A program made the position numbers and the translations under genes. A DNA stretch of 63,049 nucleotides from Chloroflexia bacterium (lineage in GTDB: Bacteria > Chloroflexota > Chloroflexia > Thermomicrobiales > UBA6265): positions 1-63,049 of the forward strand of contig JACCXM010000103.1 of NCBI GenBank assembly GCA_013697005.1, in the 5' to 3' direction. Positions within the stretch are counted from its first letter, which is position 1. Each line of letters begins with the position of its first letter. The notes below the pieces were generated by a model, which was given only the letters and a program-made list of their open reading frames with translations, did no database searches and was not told the origin of the DNA. Positions 16,292 to 26,559 of the stretch are shown one piece after another.

Positions 16292-17518
16292 ATGCGGGAT
16301 GAACTCACAATGAACCCGGCGAATCACACGCCGGGTTCGCATTTTTTGGCTCCGCAGGAGATGTTGATGCCAGCCGGAACGCCAGCGGTGAGGCTCGCTC
16401 GACTCGCCCTGAGTGTCGCCACGGCGCTTCTCATCGCCGGGTTCAGTGGGTTGGACGAAATGAGCCGGGCATGGCAGGAAGTTCCTGGTCAGGGTGAGCC
16501 GGCGATCCGCGTCGTCCATGGGATTGTCGACGCCGGTCCACTTGATGTCTATGTCGACGGCGCGGTCGCCCTGATCGGTATTGTCTTTGCCGACACCAGC
16601 GGAGATTTATCGCTTCGCCCTGGTGAGCATCAGTTTGCGGTTGTTCCAACCGGAGAGAACCTGGACGACGCCATCGCCCAAGGCAACATCGAGCTTGGGG
16701 GTGAAGCCCGGTATTACACCACCCTGCTTGGCACGAGCGAAAGCGCCAGCGTCGGTTTATTCGAGATCGACGACCGACCGCTTGACGCCGGACGGGCGCG
16801 TTTCCGCGTCATCGGTGGAGTGATCGATGCGGGTGAGATCGTGCCCATTTTTGCCGGCAGTGATGCGCTCTCCGAACCTCTCCAGTTTGGCGATGCTTCG
16901 GAGTATGCATCGATTGATGCGGGTCTCTATGACTTCGACATTCTCGGTGTGGTCTCGGGTGGATCACTGCTCTCCCTGCCGCAAACGGAGTTGGCGGAAG
17001 GAACAACGACGGATATCGTCTTGGTCGGGCAAGTTGGCGAAGGCTCCCTGCAGGCATTGACCGTCCTGAACTCAGTGGAAGTTGCCCGAGTTCTGGGGAG
17101 AACAGCAAAGATCCAGGAGGGAAGCTGCGCCGCACCGGGGGACATCATTGCTGATCTCGGTATCGTCAACGAGGGACAGGGCCAGATCGTCGGAGCACCT
17201 CAGACTGCGCAAGTCCAACAAGGATACGGAGTAGCGGCTATTCCGTTTGCGTCTCTCATTGGGTCGGTGCACACCGTGACCGTTGCCAACGATGCTGCGG
17301 CGGGCGGGGACGTCGTCGCTTGCGGCGGGATCGGTGGCGCGCTAACCGATACCGGCGCGCTGGTCATCGCCTTGGGGGACTTGGCAGGTGGCGCCCCAGG
17401 CGGCATAGCCGTTCTTGCGCCCGCATTGGAAGATCCGGAAACGACGGGAGTTTCGATCTTCGTGACGGCGAGCAATACCGCGACCAACAGAGCCGCGACT
17501 CCAGAAGCTATGGAATGA
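16292..17518 (+). CDS. DUF4397 domain-containing secreted/membrane-anchored protein
   Basis: IRVVHGIVDAGPLDVYVDGA...LRPGEHQFAVVPTG and a second repeat FRVIGGVIDAGEIVPIF. Hydrophobic leader AVRLARLALSVATALLIAGF. Start is uncertain (16292, 16310 or 16367; the last has GGAG 6 nt upstream). Confidence 0.7.
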   Translation: MRDELTMNPANHTPGSHFLAPQEMLMPAGTPAVRLARLALSVATALLIAGFSGLDEMSRAWQEVPGQGEPAIRVVHGIVDAGPLDVYVDGAVALIGIVFADTSGDLSLRPGEHQFAVVPTGENLDDAIAQGNIELGGEARYYTTLLGTSESASVGLFEIDDRPLDAGRARFRVIGGVIDAGEIVPIFAGSDALSEPLQFGDASEYASIDAGLYDFDILGVVSGGSLLSLPQTELAEGTTTDIVLVGQVGEGSLQALTVLNSVEVARVLGRTAKIQEGSCAAPGDIIADLGIVNEGQGQIVGAPQTAQVQQGYGVAAIPFASLIGSVHTVTVANDAAAGGDVVACGGIGGALTDTGALVIALGDLAGGAPGGIAVLAPALEDPETTGVSIFVTASNTATNRAATPEAME

Positions 17519-19037
17519 TCCTGGCATCCGCGTTGTCGTGACGGTCGACGGCCGGAACCTGACTAGCGATTTCCTCTGCAAGGAGAGCTCCCGCGATTGT
17601 CAAGGCACGGTCGCGATCGTCAAACTTGAGCTCGCCGTCGATCACGAGTTCCCGCAGGTGCTCCTTGACGCGCTTGATCCAGGGACCAGGGGAAAGATCG
17701 AAGTAGCGCATGAGATCGTTGCCGTCCAGGGGACTATTGAGATTGGCTAGCTCGGTTTCCTTCTGAAGCCGATAGAAATGCTGCCGCAGTGCGTAAACGC
17801 GTTGCGCCGCTTCAATGCGCTTTCGCTCGCGCCCGGACGTGACATCGGCCGCGGCCAAGTCGAGCAGATCGTCCCAAACAACGCCCGCCTCGAGTGCGAG
17901 ACGACGCACGGCACTATCGGTCCAGGATTCATCGTAAGCGGCAGGGCGCCCATGGAGCGCGACAAGTGTCACGACCGCAGTTCGAAGCACCTTGTCGGCA
18001 TTGAGTCGAGCCAACCCACGAGCGGCGATGTCGGCGCCAGCGCGCTCATGGCCAAAAAAGTGAACTTCACCATTCTGATCGACACTACGAGCGGATGGTT
18101 TCCCGGCGTCGTGGAAAAGTGCCGCCCAGCGAACCGACGGACGCGCCGGAGCTTGCGCTACGACTCGGACCGTATGGTCCCAAAGCGCTTTCTCGCGGCC
18201 AAACGGACGTGGCGAGGTCCTTCCATTCTCAGCGGCGAGCGGTTCGAGCTCAGGAAGCGCGACGCGAAGAAGGCCAGTTTGACGAAGCGTTTCCAGTCCA
18301 TGGCTCGCGAACTGGCCGATCAGCAGGCGAGTGAGCTCCGCCAATACACGTTCCTGGCTGATCCGGGCTAGGCTAGCAGCCTGACGGGACATCGCGTGTT
18401 CGGTCGGCCAATCAAGTCTGAACCCGAGCTGTGAAACAAAACGCGCGGCGCGCAACAAGCGCAAGGGATCTTCGCGGAAGCGATCGTCAGGATTGCCAAC
18501 GGCGCGAATGAGCGCCTGGGCGATGTCGGCTTCACCGTTCCAGGGATCGACGATGACGCCGGACCTGGACTCGACCGCGATCGCATTCATGGTGAAGTCG
18601 CGGCGGCCTAGATCGTCTGTCAATGTTGCGTCGAATGCGACCTCCGGAAATCGGGTCTGGTCGGGGTAGACCTCGCGCCGATACGATGTCACCTCGACGT
18701 TCAACCGATCCGGCTCTTCACCAAATACGGCGGCGACTGTGCCGAATCGCTCGCCGACCAGATACACCGAGGTCGCTGACGCGTGTTCGAGAATTTCTCG
18801 GGACTCGGCGGGAGTCGCCGACGTGGCATAATCGAGATCAGTTAGAGTGTCTGCGGACATTAATGCAACGCGAACAATGCCGCCAACGAGATAGAGTTCG
18901 GCGCCGGCGCGTGAAAAGTGTTCTGCAAGCACGCCGTTGACGAGTTGCTGGCGCGGAGTGAGCCGATTCAAGAGGGACTCGATCAATTCCCGTGTCCATG
19001 TTCCCCTGGCGTTGGTCCAGGTTGGCGCGAGGGCCAT
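17508..19037 (-). CDS. cca: CCA tRNA nucleotidyltransferase / poly(A) polymerase family protein with HD domain
   Basis: LYLVGGIVR, GRRDFTMNAIA, RLLRAARF, HD motif LFHDAGKP. Confidence 0.85.
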   Translation of the reverse strand: MALAPTWTNARGTWTRELIESLLNRLTPRQQLVNGVLAEHFSRAGAELYLVGGIVRVALMSADTLTDLDYATSATPAESREILEHASATSVYLVGERFGTVAAVFGEEPDRLNVEVTSYRREVYPDQTRFPEVAFDATLTDDLGRRDFTMNAIAVESRSGVIVDPWNGEADIAQALIRAVGNPDDRFREDPLRLLRAARFVSQLGFRLDWPTEHAMSRQAASLARISQERVLAELTRLLIGQFASHGLETLRQTGLLRVALPELEPLAAENGRTSPRPFGREKALWDHTVRVVAQAPARPSVRWAALFHDAGKPSARSVDQNGEVHFFGHERAGADIAARGLARLNADKVLRTAVVTLVALHGRPAAYDESWTDSAVRRLALEAGVVWDDLLDLAAADVTSGRERKRIEAAQRVYALRQHFYRLQKETELANLNSPLDGNDLMRYFDLSPGPWIKRVKEHLRELVIDGELKFDDRDRALTIAGALLAEEIASQVPAVDRHDNADARIIP

Positions 19038-19217
19038 TCACCGAGTCTACCCGTTAGAGATCTGGTGTAGAGGTTCCAATTACCAAGGTAAACTCGTCGT
19101 TCCAGTTGCACTTCTTGGTCACTCCTGACGCATTCTTGTCGATATGGCGCGGCCCCGACACCCGCGACCGGACCCGCATGTTCACCATAGCGGCACCGTA
19201 CTCCGGAGACGATTGGT

Positions 19218-19637
19218 TTGGAGGAAACACCGGTCGGACAGTTCGGCCGTATGACTGTCGGGGACGAATCGGCGCCACGGGCGACTGACCCGCGCCCGGC
19301 GGATACCGATAGCCGAACGCGTACCCACCTCGCGAACGAGCGTACGTTTCTGGCCTGGCTGCGGACCGGGCTCAGTCTGATGGCGGTTGGAATTGCAGCG
19401 GCCGGGTTTCTGCCCCCGGATCTTGTTCCGGGGTTCCGGTACGTTTCGTTGATTGCGGTATTTCTGGTGGTCAGCGGGACTGTGCTGGTGCTGTTTGGCG
19501 GCTTCCGCTACGTCAAAACCAGCCGGCAGATTGAAATAGGAACGTATGAGCCGGCGGTACGAGCGACGACCGCGATTGCGTTCTTGATCGCCCTGCTCGG
19601 GATTGCGGCGGTGCCATTGATCCTGCTCTTGAGATAA
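19218..19637 (+). CDS. DUF202 (YidH-like) membrane protein
   Basis: LANERTFLAWLRTGLSLMAVGIA plus two further TM segments. The alternative start is ATG at 19251. Confidence 0.75.
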   Translation: MEETPVGQFGRMTVGDESAPRATDPRPADTDSRTRTHLANERTFLAWLRTGLSLMAVGIAAAGFLPPDLVPGFRYVSLIAVFLVVSGTVLVLFGGFRYVKTSRQIEIGTYEPAVRATTAIAFLIALLGIAAVPLILLLR

Positions 19638-19718
19638 TCCAATCCTGTGCGCGAGCCAGCGCAGGAGCAGTACCGTCCGCGGGTCGCCAAACTTGCATAC
19701 GGGTGATCGGGTCGCCAA

Positions 19719-21713
19719 TCACGCAAGCCCTCCCACGACCGTCAATTGCTCGCTCATTTGGTCCGCGATCGGGAAGCGCAGTATTGCAATGGAGCCTACC
19801 GCTCCGGGACCAATGAAAAATGATCCGTGCAAATCGGCGATGACCAAGCGCTGAATAATTCGCATGCCAAGGCCGTGGCTCCCCGTCGGATCGAAATTAT
19901 CGGGGATCGCTTCGCCGTCATTTCCTATTTCAATGACCGCTTCGCCCTCCTCCTCAAACGCCCGGATGGTAATGACTCCACGGTCCCGGTTGGCAAATCC
20001 ATGTTTAACTGCGTTCGCAACCAACTCATTGATCAGCAGGGCGAGGATGGTAGCCTGCTTCGAGGGAACACGGAGCTCGCTCGGTGGAATGTCGAACCTG
20101 ACCGAGAGACCAGGGGGAACGAGCGTGCCATAGGCTTCATCTGCGGCGTGGCGAGCGATGACGTCGACTGTCGTTCCGCCAAGCCGACTCTCGTCACTGA
20201 GCAGGTCATGAACCGCCGCAATGGCCTGGACACGGCTTGTCGCCTCGCGAAGATGGGATGCCCAGCTCTCGGCCTCATTGTGCCGTAGCTGAATCGAGAG
20301 GAGCGCCGCCACCGTTTGCAGGTTGTTGCGAACGCGATGGTGCATCTCCTGCAACAAGGCAGACGCCACTTCGAGTCCCCGCCGCGCATCCCGATACAAT
20401 GTGGCATTCTCGATGGCAACTGTAGCGCCATCCGAGAACGCCTGAAGTAAGCCGAGCTCGTCTTCGGGCAGCTCGTTGCCCGGCGCCATGCGCAAACAGA
20501 GCGCACCGAACGGCTCCCGCGCTGAACGTAGCGGTAGACAGAAGAGACGGCCGGAACCATCGACATAATCCATGTCCAGCGTCCTCGCGGCGCCGGTTTT
20601 CATCACTTCCCGGATGACTTCATCCCGGCCCGATTCATCGACGACATCCTTCGCTCGGCCCGCTCGATACCCGATTGTCGCAGGCGCCACGGAGTCGCCG
20701 GCGCGACCAGGAAAGCGAAAGATTGCAGCGCCTTCGACGTTGAAAAGCGCTACGGCCTGCTCGGTTATGAGGCGAAGTACATCCTCCAGCTCCAGGGTCG
20801 ACGCAATCGTGTGCGAGACCCGCTGCATGGTCCCCAGCTCGGTTATCTTGCGCTGAAGCCGCGCGTCCGTGCGGTTGTAGAGACGAGCATTCTCGATAGA
20901 GATGGCAAGCTCGCCAGCGACAAGCTCGAGAAACGCGATCTCATCTTCGGAAAATTCACGGAGGTGCAGGGTAAAGAGGTTGATGATGCCGACCAAAACC
21001 TCAGGTTCAACGCCCCGGCGAAGCACCATGGGCACCGATATCTGCGACGCGTAGACATCTTCCCCCGTCGCCGGGATTGGCACGTATGAGGGGTGATTCC
21101 GCGCGTCAGACGCGGCGATGACGCGTTGCTCGGCGGCGGCGCACCCCGTGATACCGACGCCTGGGCGCAACGTTAGCGCCCCCACGGCTGCTGGGTTAAG
21201 TCCGATTGCGGCACGGAGCGCTAGCGAATCGGTCGCCTCGTTGTAGAGAAGAATGGCACAGGCGTCGGCGCTCGTAGTGTCGGCCAACACGCTCACTGCG
21301 GTAGACAACCGGTCGGAAAGATTGAGGTCGGCGGTCGCCGAAAGATTGATCCGGTGCAGCGCGGCGAGCCAGGGCAATGGCGCGTCGCCGCCAAAGTCGT
21401 GATCGGCAGGTGCTTCTTCTGTTTCATGAAATGCCGTCGCGAGGGCCGCCAGTGCGGTGCCCGCGGCGAGGGCGGTCGCTGGGTCGCCACCTTGGCCGCC
21501 CGTGCGATCGAAAAGATCCTGTAGCACGGTGACGGCCACGGACATGGCGTCTTCGAGGCGAACGCCGCCGCGACATGTTTCGACACCGAACGCGGCGAAG
21601 CGAGCGCGCAGTGCGTGGGCGCTCGCCGTGCCCATCGTCATACCGCTGGGATAATCGGCACGCAAATCAGCAACCAGTCGATCGCCGAGATCGTGAATCG
21701 TTATGGTCTTCAA
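19719..21713 (-). CDS. Cytoplasmic GAF-GAF sensor histidine kinase (HisKA_2 / HWE-like)
   Basis: Two GAF-like regions and H-box EMHHRVRNNLQTVAALLSIQ. ATPase motifs are ELVANAVKHGF and HGLGMRI. No TM segments. Confidence 0.85.
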   Translation of the reverse strand: MKTITIHDLGDRLVADLRADYPSGMTMGTASAHALRARFAAFGVETCRGGVRLEDAMSVAVTVLQDLFDRTGGQGGDPATALAAGTALAALATAFHETEEAPADHDFGGDAPLPWLAALHRINLSATADLNLSDRLSTAVSVLADTTSADACAILLYNEATDSLALRAAIGLNPAAVGALTLRPGVGITGCAAAEQRVIAASDARNHPSYVPIPATGEDVYASQISVPMVLRRGVEPEVLVGIINLFTLHLREFSEDEIAFLELVAGELAISIENARLYNRTDARLQRKITELGTMQRVSHTIASTLELEDVLRLITEQAVALFNVEGAAIFRFPGRAGDSVAPATIGYRAGRAKDVVDESGRDEVIREVMKTGAARTLDMDYVDGSGRLFCLPLRSAREPFGALCLRMAPGNELPEDELGLLQAFSDGATVAIENATLYRDARRGLEVASALLQEMHHRVRNNLQTVAALLSIQLRHNEAESWASHLREATSRVQAIAAVHDLLSDESRLGGTTVDVIARHAADEAYGTLVPPGLSVRFDIPPSELRVPSKQATILALLINELVANAVKHGFANRDRGVITIRAFEEEGEAVIEIGNDGEAIPDNFDPTGSHGLGMRIIQRLVIADLHGSFFIGPGAVGSIAILRFPIADQMSEQLTVVGGLA

Positions 21714-21792
21714 AAAGCATTGCCTCGGAGCGTGCAGCGACCGTCCGGAGGGGATTCCGGACGGTCGCTCCTACGGGTCACTGTCGATACAC

Positions 21793-23283
21793 CTATCCGA
21801 GCGAAATCGCTTCGCTTTCGAGCCGGTTGATGACCATCAAGCGGGGTTCGGTCATATCTTCGATGGCGTATTTGAGTCCCTCCCGGCCGAGACCCGATGC
21901 CTTCACGCCGCCGTACGGCATATGGTCGATCCGGTATGTCGGCACGTCATTGATCACGACACCACCGACCTCGATGTTTTCATACGCGGTGAAGGCTCGT
22001 TCCAGGGAATTGGTAAATACGCCTGCCTGCAAGCCAAAATCCGAGTCATTCAGTTTGGCAATGGCCTCACCGAACGTCTTGACTGAGGCGATCGTCACCA
22101 ACGGAGCGAAGGCTTCTTTTGAGCAAACGAAACTCGCGGGATCGGCATTTTCGATCACGGTTGGCGGGAAAAACGTGCCATCGGCGGACCCACCAGTCAA
22201 AACTCGAGCTCCTTCCGCTGCTGCCAAATCAATCCATTCCTGAGTCCGCTGCACCGCTTTTTCATCGATCATCGGACCGAGGTCCGTTGTGCGGTCGAGC
22301 GGATCACCAAGCTTAACGCCCCCAACCGCCGCCAGGAGTTTGTCACGAAATTGCTCGTAAACATCTTCGACGACGAACACGCGCTGTACTGAAATGCAGA
22401 CCTGACCCGAGTAGGCGAAGGCACCAACGCGAATGCGATTGACGGCGAAATCGAGATCTGAATCGCTGTCGACGATAACGCCCGCGTTCCCGCCCAACTC
22501 GAGCACCACCTTTTTCATCCCGGCGCGGCGTTTCATCTCCCAACCGACATCGGGTGAACCAGTGAACGATAGGAGCTTGAAGCGCGGGTCTTCGACCAGT
22601 GCATCGCCGACCTCGCGGTCCATCGGCATGATGCTGACTGCACCCTTGGGTACACCGGCGGCGTCGACGATTTCAGCAAATAAGAGCATCGTCAGCGGAT
22701 CGCGAGACGGCGGCTTGAGGACGATCGTGTTGCCCGCGGCAATTGCTGGCGCGAGTTTGTGGAGAGCAAGGTTCAGCGGAAAATTGAATGGCGAGATACC
22801 TGCGATCGGACCAATTGGGAACCGCCGCACGATGCCGCTGCGACCCTTCGACGCCGGGAGCAGGTCAAGTGGAATGACTTCACCGTGCATACGCTTCGCT
22901 TCTTCGGCCGCGGTGTCGAGTGTAAATACGCCGCGGTCGGTCTCGATCTCCGCGTCGCGAATCGGTTTGCCCGCTTCGGCCGAGATCATCTGCGCCACTT
23001 CGTCGCGTCGCTCCTGCAGCCCTGCCGCCATCGCCTTGAGCAGGGCAACCCGCTCGAACGTCGGCATTTGCCGCGTAACCTCGAACGCAAGCCCGGCGCC
23101 GACGATCGCTTGCTCCAACTGCTCGCGACTTGCCTGATAGGTGACGCCGACGATCTCACCCGAGTAGGGGTTTCGTACCGCAAGCGGTTCGGCGGAGGTT
23201 TGCCACTCCCCGGCTACATAGATCGGAACCTTCTTGGCGCCGATAGTCGAGGCAGTAGTCGCGTGTTGCAGGGTCGTTGCCAT
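21793..23283 (-). CDS. NAD(P)-dependent aldehyde dehydrogenase
   Basis: ELGGNAG, catalytic Cys context YSGQVCISVQR, FNFPLNLALHKLAPAIAAGN. ATG 23283 (MATTLQHATT...) is preferred over the track start at 23376. Confidence 0.9.
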   Translation of the reverse strand: MATTLQHATTASTIGAKKVPIYVAGEWQTSAEPLAVRNPYSGEIVGVTYQASREQLEQAIVGAGLAFEVTRQMPTFERVALLKAMAAGLQERRDEVAQMISAEAGKPIRDAEIETDRGVFTLDTAAEEAKRMHGEVIPLDLLPASKGRSGIVRRFPIGPIAGISPFNFPLNLALHKLAPAIAAGNTIVLKPPSRDPLTMLLFAEIVDAAGVPKGAVSIMPMDREVGDALVEDPRFKLLSFTGSPDVGWEMKRRAGMKKVVLELGGNAGVIVDSDSDLDFAVNRIRVGAFAYSGQVCISVQRVFVVEDVYEQFRDKLLAAVGGVKLGDPLDRTTDLGPMIDEKAVQRTQEWIDLAAAEGARVLTGGSADGTFFPPTVIENADPASFVCSKEAFAPLVTIASVKTFGEAIAKLNDSDFGLQAGVFTNSLERAFTAYENIEVGGVVINDVPTYRIDHMPYGGVKASGLGREGLKYAIEDMTEPRLMVINRLESEAISLG

Positions 23284-23406
23284 GGGAATAGCCTTTCGGT
23301 GGAGCCGGGCCGGTGTCGTTGATGGATGATACGACACCAGTATTATCGGGACGGCGGCGTGATTTTCAGCGTGCAAAAGGAATGGCGCCGTAGGTCAGCC
23401 GAATCC

Positions 23407-23904
23407 CTAGCCGAGAAGTGCTTTTCCGTCGCGGGTGCCTGCCCAGGCGTCCGGCGCCCCGGCGAACTCACCAGTGCCATCTTCCCACCAATTCGGCAAC
23501 TGAGCGCCAATCGCGGCCAATTCAGTTTTCGTGTAGATGAGTCCATCGCGATCGCGAACGGAGAGCTCATACTCGTGGCTCATCGTGATCGCATCGACTG
23601 GGCAAACCTGCGAGCAGAGTCCACAGAACATGCAGCGTCCCGCTCGCAGAATGAACTCTCCGAGCTCGCGATCGCCTTCTTCGGATGCTACTACGTGCAT
23701 TTCGAGACAAGACGTCGGGCAAATTCGGGCGCAGAGACCACACGCTACGCAAAGCGCCTCTCCAGTTTCGGGATCTGTCCGCAGCGAAGGAAGGCCGCGA
23801 AACCGCGGCGCCATGTGTCGTTTCTCTTCGGGATATTCGATGGTTACCTTTGGCATGAAGAGCCGCTTGAACGTGACCTGAAATCCTTTGACTTCGTCAA
23901 ACAT
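23407..23904 (-). CDS. nuoI: NADH-quinone oxidoreductase subunit I-type 2x[4Fe-4S] ferredoxin
   Basis: MFDEVKGFQVTFKRLFMPKVTIEYPEEKRHMAPRFRG, CVACGLCARICP and CMFCGLCSQVCP. The ATG overlaps the nuoG stop by 8 nt. Confidence 0.85.
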   Translation of the reverse strand: MFDEVKGFQVTFKRLFMPKVTIEYPEEKRHMAPRFRGLPSLRTDPETGEALCVACGLCARICPTSCLEMHVVASEEGDRELGEFILRAGRCMFCGLCSQVCPVDAITMSHEYELSVRDRDGLIYTKTELAAIGAQLPNWWEDGTGEFAGAPDAWAGTRDGKALLG

Positions 23905-26380
23905 TGGAGACTCCGGAGCCAAACGATATCGGCGCATGCGCCGGCAAGCGGAATTTTGGCGAGAGCTCTCCCGCTCCGTTGCTGGCTAAAGTGAGTATCT
24001 CCGTTCCCCCATCCATATACGAAAGGGTCGGCACATGCACTGGTTGACGTTCGAGCCGGGCGTAGGAAATCCCCGTGTAGCCCGCGACGAGACTTGCCAC
24101 CTCGTCCATGACCTGCGCCGGTCCCCGGTAGCTCATCTCATAGCCCATACGGCGAGCAATGTGGGAAAACGTCTCGATCCCGCTCTTGGCCTCGCCCATA
24201 GGCGGGACGGCCGAACGCAATCGTTGCACCGCGCGGTCGAACGATGTGAAGGTTCCATCTTTTTCCATGGCCATAGTCATCGGCAGGACCACATCGGCCA
24301 GTTTTGCCAGTGGCGTGCCGGCATACGCGTCAGTCACGACCAGGAATTCGAGCGTCGGAAGCGCGGTCATGAGTGCTGAATCGAGCGCCTCGAATCGGCC
24401 CCCAATCGTGTTGCCAACAATCATGGCCTTGATTTGGCCGGATTCGATCGCACCAGGGAGCTCTGCGATCCCCAATCCCGCGGCCGCGGCAAGATGACGA
24501 ACCGGGACGAAGCCATTGCGGTTCGTTGTGGGGTCGTTCCACTTCGGCATCCAGGCTGCCTCGAAACGACGTCTGGCATCCGCGTCGCGAATCGACAGCC
24601 CTCCAGGCAGGTGAGCCGGATGCACACCCATATCGGTCGTCCCTTGAGCATTCGCGGGACCACGCGGACTCGCGACTCCACCACCGGCGCGGCCGAGATT
24701 TCCGGTGATCAACGCGAGATTGAGACAGGCGGCGGCAATTTCTGCTGGATCTCCATAGTTGGGCTGGCCGGACCCTGAATCGACTTGATGGGCGATGGAT
24801 TGGTAAATGAGCGACGCGGGATAGTCGCCATCCGGGGACAGTCCGGCGCCTCCCGTTCCGTACAGCATCGCGGCGGCACGGATGTTATCGACGTTCACGC
24901 CGGTGATGGCTGAAACGGTCCTCAGCTCGTAGGTGCTGAGACTCGCCTGCCAGTGCGCGACGTCGGTGGCAGCCGTCGCATCGGGCCGAGCCAAACCCTG
25001 CTCGCAAATTTCTCGTGCGATCCCGTTCAGCAGCGTTGCCGTCGTTCCCTGATTCGGTTTCAGATATAACGAAGAACGCCAGCCAAGTGGGTAGTCGTCA
25101 TGACTGATGACGACGTACTTCGCTTCCCGATAAAGTTGCGAGTGGTAGAACCAATACGATGCGACTGGAGCCGCCTTGCCGATATTCGGCCCAATGACCA
25201 AACCGGCTTTCACATCAGAAAAAAGTTCTTCCATGGTGTTCGTGTTCGAGACATCGATGCCAAGGGAATCTGCGGTGGCTCGCCTCACCGCGGCTTGCGC
25301 GGGACTGAGATGCTGATCGACATTGGCGCTGCCCATCACCGCGCGGGCGAAAACCTGGGCGACGTACGCTTCTTCGTTGGTGGAGTCGGGCGAGACTAAC
25401 AGCGCAAACTGATCGCCCTGAAAGTGCGACAAAGATTCGGCCGTGTAGTCGATGGCGTCTTCCCAGGTTGCCTCATGGACGAATTCCCGCTCGCCAGCGT
25501 GCATGCGGCGGATCGTGGGGTACAAGAGACGTGTGGCACTCTGCACTTGCTCATGACCCCATTTGCCTCGCTCGCAGAGATAACCGTGGTTCGTACCGCG
25601 GTCCCAGAGGTTGGTGGCGCGCCGTACCAGACCCCGATTGGCCTCGGCGTTGATCGTGCATCCCACGTCACAGAAACCGCAAATGGTTTCCGTGGTGTCC
25701 AACTCCCAAGGATGGAGCCCAAAATGCCGATCGGTCAAAGCACCGACCGGGCAGACGGCAATACACATGCCGCACGAGGTGCAGAGGGTGTCGGTGAGAT
25801 CTTCCCCGTATGCTGGGGCAATCGTCGCCTCCAGGGAACGAAACGCGCTTTCGATGGCGGTGACGCCGATCATCTCGTCACAGACGCGGGTGCACCGGTT
25901 GCACATGATGCAACGGTCCCACTTGTAATCGATCAGCTCACTGAAATGGGTATACGGTTGGGCAAATTTGGGCCGCCGGTAAGGATTCGCATGGATGTTG
26001 TGCAAGTACGTGTTGTCTTGCAAATAACACTCTCCTGATTTGTCACACGTCGGACAATCAAGAGCATGGTCGATTAAGTACATCTGCAAGATGAACTGTC
26101 GCGCGTTCATGACCTCCGGGGAATGGGTCAAAACCTCCATGCCGTCGGTGAGCGGCGTCGCGCACGATTCGATCAATCCGCCTCGTTTACCAAGAATTTC
26201 CACGGTGCAAATGCGACACGATCCCCACGCACGCATGAGCGGTTGAAAGCAGAGATTCGGAACTTCGATTCCGGCCATACGGGCCGCTTCGAGAATGACG
26301 GTCCCGGCTGGGACCGTCACTTCTTGACCGTTGATAGAGCCAGTGACCAGTTTTTGCTCGCTTCGGGTTGCGGTCACCAT
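23897..26380 (-). CDS. nuoG: NADH-quinone oxidoreductase subunit G-type protein (2Fe-2S, 4Fe-4S clusters, molybdopterin-oxidoreductase fold)
   Basis: INGQEVTVPAGTVILEAARMAGIEVPNLCFQP...GSCRICTVE, HALDCPTCDKSGECYLQD, CIMCNRCTRVC, CTSCGMCIAVCP, CGFCDVGCTI. No Cys/Sec at the FdhF active-site-equivalent position (NVDQHLSPAQ). Confidence 0.85.
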   Translation of the reverse strand: MVTATRSEQKLVTGSINGQEVTVPAGTVILEAARMAGIEVPNLCFQPLMRAWGSCRICTVEILGKRGGLIESCATPLTDGMEVLTHSPEVMNARQFILQMYLIDHALDCPTCDKSGECYLQDNTYLHNIHANPYRRPKFAQPYTHFSELIDYKWDRCIMCNRCTRVCDEMIGVTAIESAFRSLEATIAPAYGEDLTDTLCTSCGMCIAVCPVGALTDRHFGLHPWELDTTETICGFCDVGCTINAEANRGLVRRATNLWDRGTNHGYLCERGKWGHEQVQSATRLLYPTIRRMHAGEREFVHEATWEDAIDYTAESLSHFQGDQFALLVSPDSTNEEAYVAQVFARAVMGSANVDQHLSPAQAAVRRATADSLGIDVSNTNTMEELFSDVKAGLVIGPNIGKAAPVASYWFYHSQLYREAKYVVISHDDYPLGWRSSLYLKPNQGTTATLLNGIAREICEQGLARPDATAATDVAHWQASLSTYELRTVSAITGVNVDNIRAAAMLYGTGGAGLSPDGDYPASLIYQSIAHQVDSGSGQPNYGDPAEIAAACLNLALITGNLGRAGGGVASPRGPANAQGTTDMGVHPAHLPGGLSIRDADARRRFEAAWMPKWNDPTTNRNGFVPVRHLAAAAGLGIAELPGAIESGQIKAMIVGNTIGGRFEALDSALMTALPTLEFLVVTDAYAGTPLAKLADVVLPMTMAMEKDGTFTSFDRAVQRLRSAVPPMGEAKSGIETFSHIARRMGYEMSYRGPAQVMDEVASLVAGYTGISYARLERQPVHVPTLSYMDGGTEILTLASNGAGELSPKFRLPAHAPISFGSGVSNV

Positions 26381-26559
26381 AGGTTCGTTATTACTCTCCA
26401 ACCGGCAAACTGACCACACATGACACGGAGCGCTTGGTGGCCCATACACTCGTCAGTACGCGCGATTTTACCATGCGTGAGACACCGAGCAAGCCCCGCG
26501 GGCGGCGCTCCGGCGCCGGCAGGAATGGTAAACTCCGGGGCCGTTTGGCGACGTAACGC

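Noticed and set aside
23897-26380. Reading the 850-aa molybdopterin-fold protein as a formate dehydrogenase alpha subunit (and hence another Sec candidate).
   Set aside because: At the position equivalent to the FdhF active-site Sec/Cys (after ...FARAVxGxxNVD) the sequence reads QHLSPAQAAV, with no Cys and no in-frame TGA. The N-terminal cluster pattern and the adjacent NuoI-type gene fit a non-catalytic NuoG-type subunit.
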